Positions 1 through 12,470 of a stretch of DNA of 64,000 nt are shown here, in pieces. The position numbers and the translations under genes are program-made. Each line of letters opens with the position of its first letter. Position 1 is the first letter of the stretch. This stretch comes from Eledone cirrhosa. Taxonomy: Eukaryota. The stretch spans positions 25,792,001 through 25,856,000 of the forward strand of contig OZ024763.1 of assembly GCA_964016885.1 (NCBI GenBank), given 5' to 3'. The notes under the pieces were generated by a model. It did no database searches. It had not been told where the DNA came from and worked only from the letters and a program-made list of their open reading frames with translations.

Positions 1-154
1 GCAGCAGCAGTGGAAATGGCATGCTAGGTTTGATTGGTCGAATAGACTATGGTGGTGTGTGGGGGTGGGGGGGAGGGAAATTGTGAGGTAGGAACTGAGG
101 GTCGCATGGTAAATATCCAAGTTAATACTACATCAGTAAAATTAACAATAATAA

Positions 155-1452
155 CGTCATGAAAAAAGCTACTAAGAGAAACCCTCGAAAATTTATCGTT
201 AATACAGCAGGGAAAATTTAACGCTAATACAGCAGGGAACATCATAATATTAACGACATGAAAAAGCTACTAAGAGAATCCCTCGAAAATTTATCGCTAA
301 TACAGCAGGGAAAATTTAACGCTAATACAGCAGGGAACATCATAATATTAACGACATGAAAAAGCTACTAAGAGAATCCCTCGAAAATTTATCGCTAATA
401 CAGCAGGGAAAATTTAACGCTAATACAGCAGGGAACATCATAATATTAACGACATGAAAAAGCTACTAAGAGAAACCCTCGAAAATTTATCGCTAATACA
501 GCAGGGAAAATTTAACGCTAATACAGCAGGGAACATCATAATATTAACGACAATATGTAGGCTAAAATACCTTCGTAGATTAGGTGGATGGCTGGCTGGG
601 AAAATTTGAATCAGCTCTACTGGTACATTTTAGCAGAGAAGAATGGCAAAGTGTCTTATCTCTTCAATATTTTCAGATTGAATGAATTAGGTTAAAGACA
701 GGGTAGTAAGCCTTAAAGAAGTGCATAGAGGGGGGGGGGGGGGTAGGAACTGAGGGTCGCATGGTAAATAACTGAAAGAGATACAATAGGATTAGAATAC
801 CGCATGGTAAATATCCAAGTTAATAAGTTAATACTACATCAGTAAAATTAACAATAATAACGTCATGAAAAAAGCTACTAAGAGAAACCCTCGAAAATTT
901 ATCGCTAATACAGCAGGGAAAATTTAACGCTAATACAGCAGGGAACATCATAATATTAACGACATGAAAAAGCTACTAAGAGAAACCCTCGAAAATTTAT
1001 CGCTAATACAGCAGGGAAAATTTAACGCTAATACAGCAGGGAACATCATAATATTAACGACATGAAAAAGCTACTAAGAGAAACCCTCGAAAATTTATCG
1101 CTAATACAGCAGGGAAAATTTAACGCTAATACAGCAGGGAACATCATAATATTAACGACATGAAAAAGCTACTAAGAGAAACCCTCGAAAATTTATCGCT
1201 AATACAGCAGGGAAAATTTAACGCTAATACAGCAGGGAACATCATAATATTAACGACATGAAAAAGCTACTAAGAGAAACCCTCGAAAATTTATCGCTAA
1301 TACAGCAGGGAAAATTTAACGCTAATACAGCAGGGAACATCATAATATTAACGACATGAAAAAGCTACTAAGAGAAACCCTCGAAAATTTATCGCTAATA
1401 CAGCAGGGAAAATTTAACGCTAATACAGCAGGGAACATCATAATATTAACGA
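155..1452. repeat. 98-bp minisatellite in two blocks (155-552, about 4 units; 860-1452, about 6 units) within a larger local duplication
   Basis: gacatgaaaaagctactaagagaaaccctc... recurs at 255, 353, 451 and 961, 1059, ...; both blocks are preceded by gtaggaactgagggtcgcatggtaaata. Confidence 0.9.
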
Positions 1453-1504
1453 TATATAAGGTTTATTTTCCTGTCACTAGTCTTCTCCTTTTTCGTTTTC
1501 ATAA

Positions 1505-1826
1505 CACTCACAGTCTCACTCACACTCACGCAGTCTCACTCACGCTCACGCAGTCTCACTCACACTCATGCAGTCTCACTCACACTCATGCAGTCTCACA
1601 CTCACACAGTCTCTCTCTCACTCATGGAGTCTCACTCACACTCATGCAGTCTCACACTCACACAGTCTCTCTCTCACTCATGGAGTCTCACTCACACTCA
1701 TGCAGTCTCACTCACTCACACAGTCTCATTCACACTCATGCAGTCTCATTCACACTCATGCAGTCTCACTCACACTCACGCAGTTAGACTTACAGTCTCA
1801 CTCACAGTGTCTCTCTCTCTCTCACT
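1505..1826. repeat. ~20-bp cactcatgcagtctcactca minisatellite abutting a MIB2 acceptor
   Basis: Directly visible tandem units. Confidence 0.85.
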
Positions 1827-1830
1827 CTAG

Positions 1831-1979
1831 ATTGATCAGAGGAGTTCTGGTAAGACAGCCCTACAAGTTGCTAGTCACCAGGGCCATAAAGATATTGTAT
1901 TAATGCTGCTGGAAGCTGGAGCTAATTTAGAACTCCAAGATGAAGATGGAGACACAGCACTACATTATTCAGCCTTTGG
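1831..1979 (+). CDS. MIB2: MIB2 internal exon (ankyrin repeats); gene 5' part lies upstream of the window
   Basis: ctctag acceptor, GG|gtaagt donor; translates IDQRSSGKTALQVASHQGHKDIVLMLLEAGANLELQDEDGDTALHYSAFG; phase 2 matches next exon. Confidence 0.9.
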
Positions 1980-2067
1980 GTAAGTCATTCTTCTTCTTCT
2001 TTTTCTTTTCTAACATATATACAGTGCCTAGGAGTGCTATCTTTTGTATGTTGTATATATATATTCA

Positions 2068-2104
<37 letters not shown>

Positions 2105-2105
<1 letters not shown>

Positions 2106-2739
2106 CGAACTAAGGAAAAAATTAGAGATAAGAGGGATCAGATGCTGTTTACTCGAGAGAAGGCTACGTTGGTATGGTCACGTGATGCGCATGAAAGTCG
2201 ATAGCTGTATAACAAAGTGCAGGGCAATAAAGATAGACGGTAGCCACGGAATAGGCAGACCTAGAAAAACCTGGGATGAGCTGATAAACTCCGACCTCAC
2301 ACACTTACACCTCTCCAAGACAATGTCACTGGACCGAGACCTTTGGCGGTACTCAGTAACAGAGAAGACCCGCCTTGCCAGTAGGCATCTCTAACAAAAT
2401 ACACCCCGTCCCGCCACCACCCCCACCCCATCCACACCACCCGTTCTATGTAAAGTTATGTTGGTGCCGCGCCATCCAGGCCGAAACAAATGAGATCGTG
2501 TAGGTGTCACGACAAAAAAACACACAGTCCACGCTGTAATGTGGCCATGTAGGCAACACGGTAAAAACCTCCCAGACCCACACTGTAAATGTGGTTGGTG
2601 TTAGGAAGGGCATCCAACTGTAGAAAACCTGCCAGACAGTCCTATGCGAGCAAGACAATCACTCTTGCCACAAGTGGGACTACCCCCGTCCAAACCCATG
2701 CAAGCGTGGAACACGGACGTTAAACGTTGATGATGATGA

Positions 2740-2742
<3 letters not shown>
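2105..2742 (+). mobile_element. RTE-clade LINE 3' fragment
   Basis: RRLRWYGHVMR...GRPRKTWDE RT C-terminus, 3' UTR containing tgttaggaagggcatcca, (GAT)n tail. Confidence 0.85.
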
Positions 2743-2784
<42 letters not shown>

Positions 2785-2911
2785 AAAGTTTTATTTAAAA
2801 TTGTTGGGTTACAACAAGTAAATATTTTATAACTGATATAAAGCACTCAACAAGTTTTGGAGTAGATATACGATATTAAACAAATGGAAACTATATTTAT
2901 AAAACCATATT

Positions 2912-2977
2912 TATTTCATTATACATATTTCAGGGATACCATATTAAAAATATGGCATGCCTTCTTCAGATAAAATA
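2912..2977 (-). ncRNA. Minimal type I hammerhead ribozyme
   Basis: Minus strand: tattttat CUGAAGA [agg c atgccatatt tt aatatggtat c cct] GAAA tatgta UA atgaaata; stems I and II pair. Confidence 0.75.
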
Positions 2978-3063
2978 CAATATATAAGCAGTTTTATAAA
3001 TAAATTTGACGTACCATAAATATTGATCAACTTCCATGTGCGAAGTTGGTTTGGTAGTGAGAT

Positions 3064-5185
3064 CATCATCATCATCATCATCACCGTTTTACGTCCGTTC
3101 TTCCACGCTAGCATGGGTTAGACGGGTTGTCCTGTTGTGTGCAGTGTCTGGTCGGCTGACCATGCCTTGCTCATACAGGAACTGATCTGGCTTGATTTCT
3201 ACAGCTGGATGCCCTTCCTAACACCAACCTCATTTACAGTGAGTGCTGGGTGCTTTTTCGTGGCGCCTACACGTCCACTTTACAGTGTGGGCTGGGTGCT
3301 TTTTTGCCGTGGCACCTCCACGACCACCTTGCGGTGGGGGGGGGGGGGGGGGGCATATTGTTTATATGCTTCAGCATGTACCCATGGGAGGTCAGGTACC
3401 CTGTATTACTGCGTGACGCCAGAAGTCACGGTCGTGTGTCATTGACTTTGAGAGGTGTAGTTGGGTAAGGTCGGCTTTTATCACCTCATCCCAAGTCATC
3501 TTGGGTCTCCCCACTCCGCGGTTTCCATCAACTTCTAGTGCTCTGCACCTTTTTATGCAGCTGTCATCCTTCATACGCATCACATGTCCATACCAGCGTA
3601 ACCGCCTCTCCTGCACGCAGCATTTGATTCCTCTTATGCTCAGTCTCTCTCTCAATTCATTTATGCTTTGTCGTTCACGTATATTACTGTTACACATCCA
3701 TCGGAGCATGCAGGCTTCGTTTCTCTCTAATCTACGTAAGTCTTCCACCTTCAGCGCCCAGGTCTCACTACCATGCAACATCGCTGTTCGGATACACGCA
3801 TCATACAGTCTGCCTTTCATTCTGAGGGAGAAGCCTTTTGCAGCTAGCAGTGGTAGTAGTTCCCTAAACTTCTTCCATCCCGTTCTTACCCTAGTTATTG
3901 TACTTTCTGAGCACCCACCTCCGTTGCTAATTCGGTCACCTAGGTAGCAGAAGCTGTCTACTGTTTCTACAGGGCCCTCCCAGAGATTGGTGGTACTTGT
4001 TTCCTGTGGCTGTTTGCTTGCTGTTTCAGCACAGCTGCTGCATGTGAATCCTACATTCTTAATTAAGCTTCCTGAGATCCCGCTACATCTCTTGTGTACC
4101 CATTGTTTGCATTTGAGGCAAAGAATGGAGTTCCTACCTACACCTTTCCTACATACTGAGCAAGGCCATTTCCCTGAGGGGATCTGGGTTCTGTTTTCTC
4201 GTCTACTTATAAGGACCTTAGTCTTTGTCATGTTGACTTTGAGGCCCTTTCTCTCTAGTCCCTGCTTCCAGGTTTGGAATTTATTCTCTAGTTCTACCAT
4301 AGATTCAGCTATGAGTGCGAGGTCATCAGCATACAGGAGTTCCCATGGGCATCCGGTCTTAAACTCCTCCGTTATTGCCTGCAGGACTATGATGAACAGG
4401 AGAGGGCTAAGAACAGAGCCCTGGTGGACCCCAACCTGTACGCTAAATTCCTCGCTATACTCATTGCCAATCCTAACTTTGCTGACTGCTCCCCTATACA
4501 TGGCTTGTACCGCTTTCACAAGCCATTCATCTACTCCTAGTTTTCTAAGAGCCCACCAGATTACTGCACGTGGAACTCTGTCAAAGGCTTTCTCAAGGTC
4601 GACAAATGCCAAGTAGAGTGGCTTACTTTTAGCTAGGTACTTTTCCTGTAATTGCCTCACAAGGAAGAGCGCATCAGTGGTGCCTTTCCCTGGTACAAAC
4701 CCAAATTGCATCTCGTCTATATTCACCCGGTCCCTAATCAGCTGTGCTATAACTCTTTCTGTTACTTTCATGACCTGGTCCATCAACTTTATACCTCTAT
4801 AGTTTCCTCTATCTAGTGCATCGCCTTTACCTTTGTAGCAGTTGACAATGATGCTACTGCACCAATCTTTTGGTATGGCCCCCTCTAGTATTACCTGGTT
4901 AACGATACGTGTGGTTATAGTGTGACCTACAGACCCAGATGCCTTCAGCATCTCGGCAGCTATACCCGATGGACCGGTTGCCTTCCCTATCTTCATATCT
5001 CTGATTGCCTTACTTACTACGCTGCCGCTGACTTGTACTGCTGGTCCCTGTATAGGGTCTACGTGGGGTAGGGTCTCTTCTTCCCATGCATTCTCCTCAT
5101 TTAGTAATCTATCATAATGACTCTTCCATGCATCTTTCTTCTCAGCACTTGTGAGGGCAAGCTCACCTTTATCATTCCGGATAGA
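3064..5185 (-). mobile_element. 5'-truncated RTE-clade LINE with intact RT reading frame
   Basis: ORF 3392-4996 (frame open to about 5183) with QFGF, DLEKAFD, QGSVLSP and YADD motifs; (GAT)n tail; probable TSD TGAGAT at 3058-3063 and 5186-5191. Confidence 0.95.
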
Positions 5186-5955
5186 TGAGATGTTTATAAA
5201 TATTTAGTGTTAAGCACAGTTAGAAAGAAAGACGGAGAAAAGGAAGAAGTGTATGTAAAGAAAAACAGAGAGAGATAGAGAGAGATAGGGGAGAGAGAAA
5301 TAGTGAGGAGGTGAAAAATGAGAGGCAGCTGAGGCAACAGATGAATAATAATAATTCATCATACAAATTGAGAGATTTAGGAGGGAGGGAGTACTGTGAT
5401 TATTTATTTATTTATTTATTTAGTTATAGTGTTAAGGAGACGGAGAGAAATAAAAAATAAATAAAGAGAAAACAGAGAGGTAGAGAAAAAAGAGGTAGAC
5501 CGAATAATAATAATTATATATGGGGAGGTGAGAGAAAACAATAGAGAAGCTCGAGAGGCAAAGTTAAAGTAGCCGATACTTAAATTTCATCATGTATAGA
5601 GGGAGGAGAAGAAAGAGCTATATCTAGAGAGAGGATGATAGATTTACAACTTTACGTTATGTCCTATCAATTTGAATTATCAATTCATATGAATTGGGTA
5701 TTATAATGTAAATATCAATATTCATGAATGAGACATAGATATATAATGTGTGAAAAATAATGACCATATGTTTAGTTTAAAAATTGTTAGGTCGATGTAC
5801 CAAAAACTGAGATAAAACTTCAAAAAATACGGAAATACATAAGTATATATGTACTTTCCGGAAAAAGAAATCTCTCAATTTGTATGATGAATTATTATTA
5901 TTCATCTGTTGCCTCAGCTGCCTCTCATTTTTCACCTCCTCACTATTTCTCTCTC

Positions 5956-5995
<40 letters not shown>

Positions 5996-5998
<3 letters not shown>

Positions 5999-6735
5999 GT
6001 ACTCTATATAATATATATACAGTGCCTAGTCGTGTTATCTTTTGTATGTTGTATATATTTGTAAGTCCTGAGGTACTCTATATAATATATATACAGTGCC
6101 TAGTAGTGCTATCTTTTGTATGCTGTATATATTTGTAAGTCCTGTGGTACTCTATATAATATATATACAGTGCCTAGTAGTGCTATCTTTTGTATGCTGT
6201 ATATATTTGTAAGACCTGTGGTACTCTATATAATATATATACAGTGCCTAGTAGTGCTATCTTTTGTATGCTGTATATATTTGTAAGTCCTGCGGTACTC
6301 TATATAATATATATACAGTGCCTAGTAGTGCTATCTTTTGTATGCTGTATATATTTGTAAGTCCTGCAGTACTCTATATAATATATATACAGTGCCTAGT
6401 AGTGCTATCTTTTGTATGCTGTATATATTTGTAAGTCCTGTGGTACTCTATATAATATATATACAGTGCCTAGTAGTGCTATCTTTTGTATGCTGTATAT
6501 ATTTGTAAGACCTGTGGTACTCTATATAATATATATACAGTGCCTAGTAGTGCTATCTTTTGTATGCTGTATATATTTGTAAGTCCTGCGGTACTCTATA
6601 TAATATATATACAGTACCTAGTAGTGCTATCTTTTGTATGCTGTATATATTTGTAAGTCCTGCAGTACTCTATATAATATATATACAGTGCCTAGTAGTG
6701 CTATCTTTTGTATGCTGTATATATTTGTAAGCCCT
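5996..6735. repeat. 74-bp minisatellite (about 10 copies) amplified from the R4/Dong 3' coding end
   Basis: gtactc recurs at 5999, 6073, 6147, ...; minus strand reads IQKIALLGT, contiguous with the RLE fragment. Confidence 0.85.
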
Positions 6736-7010
6736 GGGGTTTGGGTTATGTATTTCTCTGTGTGGTTTTTGTATCATTCCCAGAGCACCTATTATTATAG
6801 GTATTGTTTCAATTTTCATTGTCCACATTTGAGTTATTTCTATCTCTAGATCTTTATATTTGGAGAGTTTCTCTCTTTCCTTGGAAGATATACTGTCGTC
6901 TGTGGGGATTAATACATCTATTAGAAAAAATTTTTCTTCTTTGTGGTCTTTGACTATAATATCTGGTAGGTTGACCTTGATCTCTCTGTCTGTATGCATT
7001 GGCATATCCC
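6670..7010 (-). mobile_element. R4/Dong-type non-LTR retrotransposon fragment (restriction-like endonuclease)
   Basis: PDIIVKD...LIDVLIPTD...KEREKLSKYKDLEIEITQMW...PIIIGALG; adjacent to a TAA-type microsatellite. Confidence 0.8.
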
Positions 7011-7155
7011 AGTATTATTATCATTATTATTTCGTCCTCATGGGGTCTTTAAAATAAAGCACCAGTAATGCACTGAGGTCGTTTTAATCAACTTTCCCTT
7101 CTTCCCCCAAAATTGCTGACCTTGTGCCTATAGTAGAAACAATTATTATCATTGA

Positions 7156-7350
7156 GGGCGGTGGATTGGCAGTATCGGTAGAGGGTCGGACGCCCTGCTT
7201 TGACGCATAGAGTTACGTCCCTTTATGATCTGAGTTCAAATCCCGCCGAGGTTAACTTTGCCTTTCATCCTTACGGGGTCGATAAAATAAAGTACCAGTA
7301 ATGCACTGGGGTAATAGCTGGCCTTGTGCCAAAAGTAGAAACAATTATTA
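7156..7350 (+). mobile_element. tRNA-derived SINE family A (further copies near 8120-8340, 8787-8910, 9500-9690, 11183-11368, 12528-12725, 29780-29970, 56768-57158 x2, 62760-63085 x2; minus strand 54890-55260 x2)
   Basis: A-box-like tggcagtatcggtag, B-box gagttcaaatcc, shared core ctttgcctttcatccttacggggtcgataaaataaagtacc, (ATT)n tail. Confidence 0.85.
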
Positions 7351-7519
7351 TTTCGTCCTCATGGGGTCTTTAAAATAAAGCACCAGTAATGCACTGGGGT
7401 CGATTTAATCAACTTTCCCCTCTTCCCCCAAAATTGCTGACCTTGTGCCTATAGTAGAAATCATTATTATTATTGTTGTTACCATTTTTCTTCAAAAAAC
7501 CATTTTTTTCTCTTTCCAG

Positions 7520-7676
7520 AAACCAGCCAGAAGTAATGGAGCAGTTGTTGATGAAAGGGGCTAACATTAATGCCTTTAATAAGGGTGGCTGTAGTACACT
7601 TCATGTAGCCGTCAACAAACAGTTTGTGAAATGTGTTCGGGTATTAATAAAGTATTCGACCCCAGTTAACATTCAG
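7520..7676 (+). CDS. MIB2: MIB2 exon (ankyrin repeats)
   Basis: ttccag acceptor, CAG|gtgagt donor; NQPEVMEQLLMKGANINAFNKGGCSTLHVAVNKQFVKCVRVLIKYSTPVNIQ. Confidence 0.9.
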
Positions 7677-8937
7677 GTGAGTCACTAACAATAACAACAA
7701 GAACAACAGCAGCAGTAGCATACCACCACCTCCACCATCAACTACAGGTAACAAGAATGATCCCTCATAACCCCCTCTACAACACCCACATAAAAAAAAA
7801 AAACATCATTAACTCACTTGGCACTGACCTGGCCAAAACCGGTTCTGGTTCTATGAAACCATATCAAAAGGTTCTTACTTAAACCCATTTTAAAGGGTTC
7901 CTACTGTGGTTTTATAGGTTTTTTTCCACAAGTAGCCCTTGGATGTCTCCTCACTATTGAGGAACACATGAAAACACACACTCCAACACGCACACTCCAA
8001 CACGCACACATTAACGTATACACACTAACACAAACACACTCAATGTTTTGTCTTGTGCCGTCCTTAATGTTTATCTTGATTTGAACTCTTAGGGGTTAAT
8101 AAAGACATTATTATTATTATTAATTGTCAGTATCGGTAGAGTGTCAGACACCATGTTTTGTAGCATAGTTATGGCCCTTTAGATTCTGAGTTCAAATCCT
8201 GCCTAGATTAGCTTTGCCTTTCATCCTTACAGAGTAACAAAATAAAGTACCAGTCACACACTAGGGTCAATTTAATTGACTTTTGCCTCTGCCAAAATTG
8301 TTGGCCTTGTGCCTAAAGTAGTAACAATTATTGATATTATTATCTTCAAGTTTCACCTGGAAAAGGTGAGTGGGGAGAGAGAAGTGCTGCCCCCCCCCCC
8401 CCCAGTACACATGCTAAAAGGTGGATGAATGTAGCGAGAATGGCCCGTGTGAATGGACCTACTCTGACCATGAGCCTATAGGCTAGCTAACTTGAGGAGA
8501 GGGGTACTCTCCCTGAGTGCCCTAGAAGCGCAGGATGGTTCAGGATTGGTGGGGTACCTGAGTCACCCCTGGGTCGTCCACCCCCTATCGGGGAATTTAT
8601 TTTGTTATATAGTTTATTTTATATTTTTACATCTTCATTGTTAAATTAGTCTTGCCATTGTGCACTTTTACTCGATCTTATTGTAACCCACCCCCACCCC
8701 TCCACTCCCACTGTCTGTGTCTTTGTACTGTCTCCTAAATGTCGGCCCTTGTGGCCAATAAATGAAATCATTATTATTATTATTAATTCTGAGTTCAAAT
8801 CCCGCCGAGGTTAACTTTGCCTTTCATCCTTACGGGGTCAATAAAATAAAGTACCAGTAATACACTGGGTAATTGCTGGCCTTGTGCCTAACGTAGAAAC
8901 AATTATTAATATTATATTTATTATTTACCCCACCTAG

Positions 8938-9092
8938 GATGCATATGGAGACACAGCCCTACATGACGCCATCGGCAAAGAGAACGGTCAAATCATTGAA
9001 TCTCTTATTAGTTTACGCAATGTTGATTACACCTTACGTAACAACCGTGGTTTTAATGTGTTACATCATGCAGCTCTCAAGGGCAATAACTT
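8938..9092 (+). CDS. MIB2: MIB2 exon (ankyrin repeats)
   Basis: cctag acceptor, TT|gtaagt donor; DAYGDTALHDAIGKENGQIIESLISLRNVDYTLRNNRGFNVLHHAALKGNN. Confidence 0.92.
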
Positions 9093-9741
9093 GTAAGTAA
9101 TTCATTTATTATTATTGTTGCTGTTGTTGCTGCTGTTGCTTTCTTTTTTTTTTTTTTATTTAGAGCGGGAGGAGTTGTCAGAACCAGTAGAGCATCAGGG
9201 AAAATGCTTTAGTATATTTAGTTAACCCTTTATATACTATTGTATTTTCATGGTAAACGCTTTACGTCACATAATTAACTCACTGCGCTGGTGTGGACAT
9301 GTGATGCGCAATAGAGGAAGACTACGAAAATCACGGGCGGAGGTGGTGAGAGCAGGACCTCAGATCACTGAAGGTCACGGAGGAGATGACGAAGGACCGT
9401 GACGAATGGAGAGATGCTGTGCTGAATAGGACCCGTCCCTCCCTTGCAAGCAGGGAAAAGCAGACGTAATTATGACGATGATCATGATATATCAAAGCTA
9501 CGGGTGGTGGATTGGCAGTATCGGTAGAGGGTCGGATGCCATGCTTTTCAGCATAGTTTCGTACCTTTACGGTCTGAGTTCAAATTCCGCTGAGGTGTAC
9601 TTTCCCTTTCATCCTTACAGGGTTGATAAAATAAAGTAACAGTAATGCATTGGGGTAATTGCTGGCCTTGTGCCAAAAGTAGAAACTATTATATCAAAGC
9701 TATGAGATTTTGATATTTATTTTGAGAACAATACCTAAACA

Positions 9742-10083
9742 CAAAGGTTCTCAAACTTTTGGAGCCTACGTCCCCCTCACGGTTACATGATACCCCTAAG
9801 TATCCCCCTCCAACCCTATTTCCAGAGAGACCTGCCTACACACAAATTGTAAATAATATATAATAAATATAATAAATGAAATCATTAATTATATATAATA
9901 AATTATATAATATATACTATGTATAAATAAATATTATATATTTTTTATTTTACTCTATTTATATAGAATATATATAATTTGATATTTAATATACTATTTT
10001 ATTATCCCTACCAACCACCCTATTGCCCTCTTAGGCTTCAGCGCTGGCCCCAGGGGCATTGATGCCCACTTTAAGAACCTTCG
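9742..10083. mobile_element. Possible hAT-like MITE
   Basis: Imperfect TIRs caaaggttctcaaact / actttaagaaccttcg; no convincing 8-bp TSD. Confidence 0.35.
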
Positions 10084-10134
10084 CTTTAGGGTATTTAGTT
10101 GACTCTTTAGCATTATATTACTCTATATATACTA

Positions 10135-11144
10135 CTAGCATTAAAGCCCGGCGTTGCTCGGGGTCATTAAGTTACCAAAGTTAGGTTGCAGCACTTTTTT
10201 GTCTGCCAGGCACTTGGTGAATGAATTGCAGACCTGGAAGCATGAGCTGCGCCAGCAGTGACAATTGTAGTTTCGCCTATGGATATTATCTCTGTGCAAA
10301 AAAGTGTTGAAATTTATTGTTTCACAGTACTTGCGCAACACGCGAGTAGACGATGCCAGCTGAACAACAGAGCTGCGATGGAGTTGTTCTGCATGGTTGT
10401 CTGTGTGTTTTCTAAATTTAAGACAGTAGGGAGGGTTGTGATATGAGGGAGAGTTAGCTGCTGTTTCTAGCAGGTTTAGTGACCTCATAGAGGATATGTG
10501 TTTTCTAAATTTAAGACAGTAGGGAGTGGTGTGATATGAGGGAGAGTTAGCTGCTGTTTCTAGCAGGTTTAGTGACCTCATAGAGGATATGTGTTTTCTA
10601 AATTTAAGACAGTAGGGAGTGGTGTGATATGAGGGAGAGTTAGCTGCTGTTTCTAGCAGGTTTAGTGACCTCATAGAGGATATTATTGTTTATCATCTAT
10701 ATATATAAAACTGACTGCACGCCTAACGAAATTTACAGATACATATATTTTAAATAAACTTATATAATTTTTGCTTTTTTTTACGAAATATTTGCTTGTT
10801 TTACGTAGTCTTTAAATAGACTTGTTTTCAAGTAAAAATTATTGTGTTAATGTCATTTTAAACGCTGAGAAAGCCAGCGTAATTTTTTTAATTTTTGCAC
10901 GCAGACGCTCAATGTAAACAGAACAAAGGGAAATAACTGATCACTTACGCTCAAAAATCGATACATTATATTCGATTTCGTCATATAGGGTGGGTCAATT
11001 TGAAATTTTTTTTTTTCCGATGTCTTCGCTAGGGCTCAATGTACAAGTATAGCAATTTCGGTGCAATTCCGTGAGAGAATCTAAGAGGAGATGTGTGCCA
11101 AAAATCGATAGACAGACAGACAACCACAGTTTTATATATATAGA
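10135..11144 (-). mobile_element. Non-autonomous Helitron
   Basis: Minus strand starts TC (tctatatatataaaactg) and ends with hairpin cccgagcaacgccggg plus CTAG; inserted between A and T with no TSD; internal 93-bp repeat x3 (10403-10683). Confidence 0.85.
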
Positions 11145-11880
11145 TTGTATTTTCATGGTAAACACTTTATTTCACATAATTATTGGCAGTATCGGTAGAG
11201 GGTCAGACGCCATGCTTTACAACAAAAAGTTACGTCCCTTTATGGTCTGAGTTCAAATCCCACTGAGGTTAACTTTGCCTTTCATCCTTACGGGGTCAAT
11301 AAAATAAAGTACCGGTGATACACTGGGATAATTGCTGGCCATGTGCCAAAAGTAGAAACAATTATTAAATCTACGAGATTTTGGTATTATTTATTTTGAG
11401 AACAATACCTTAACGTAAGTATGAACAACCAGTTACAGCCGGTTTGAACAGAAATAGGTTAAGAGAATTCTGGTCTGATGTGGTCGGTTTAAATGTTAAA
11501 GGGTTATGACTTTTTATTTTCTGAGTCTTCTGGCTAAAGACAGACTTTTTTTTTTGGGGGGGGGGGGGGGGGGGGATCTACCGGTTGCAACTCCTGGCAG
11601 AAAGAGCAATGGGAAACAAAGCGTCTTGTTCAAGGACATAACACATCGCTCAGCCCAGGAATTGAACTTTCAACCTCATGATTGTGAATCCAATTCCCTA
11701 ACCACAAAGCTACATGTCTTCATATTATATTCAAAAATATAGTTTATTCCATTTTTTTTTCTCATTTTTTTTTTTTGAAGCTACAGAAACATGGAAAGGG
11801 GTGTTTTATACTCGAATTATTTTATGCTCAAGTGATATTATACACAAAGAAATACATATATATTCTCTTTTTAACTTCAG

Positions 11881-12007
11881 TGCCACTGAAAAGATTCTGC
11901 AGAAATGTCGACGCATTGTTGATATTAAGAAAGATGATGGTTTTGCCGCATTACACCTAGCTGCTTTGAATGGTCACCGAGAGGTTGCTAATACACTCCT
12001 TACTGTG
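11881..12007 (+). CDS. MIB2: MIB2 exon (ankyrin repeats)
   Basis: ttcag acceptor, GTG|gtgagt donor; ATEKILQKCRRIVDIKKDDGFAALHLAALNGHREVANTLLTV (KKDDGFxALHLAALN is typical of Mind bomb). Confidence 0.92.
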
Positions 12008-12470
12008 GTGAGTTACTAATACCCCCCCTTACAGTGGTGAGTTACTGATACCCTCCTTACAGTGGTGAGTTGCTTATACACTCCTTACAGTGGTGAGTTG
12101 CTAATAAACTCCTTACTGTGGTGAATTAGTAATACATTCCTTACAGTGGTGAGTCGTGAGTTGCTAATACATTCCTTAGTGTTGAGTTGCTAATAGACTC
12201 CATACAGTGGTGAGTTGCTAATACCCTCCTTACAGTGGTGAGTTGCTAATACCCTCCTTACAGTGGTGAGTTGCTAATACCCTCCTTACAGTGGTGAGTT
12301 GCTAATACACTCCATACAGTGGTGTGTTACTAATACCCTCCTTACAGTGGTGAGTTGCTAATACACGCCTTACTGTGGTGAGTGGTGAGTTACTAAAACA
12401 CTCCTTACCATGGTGAGTTACTAATACACTCCTTGCAATGGTATGTACCTAATACTCTCCTCATTGTGGT
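11984..12470 (+). repeat. ~28-bp minisatellite built from the exon end and splice donor
   Basis: About 15 copies of gttgctaatacactccttacagtg|gtga. Confidence 0.9.

Noticed and set aside
155-1452. 98-bp array as another retrozyme
   Set aside because: No CUGANGA...GAAA core with pairing stems found on either strand; no inversion.
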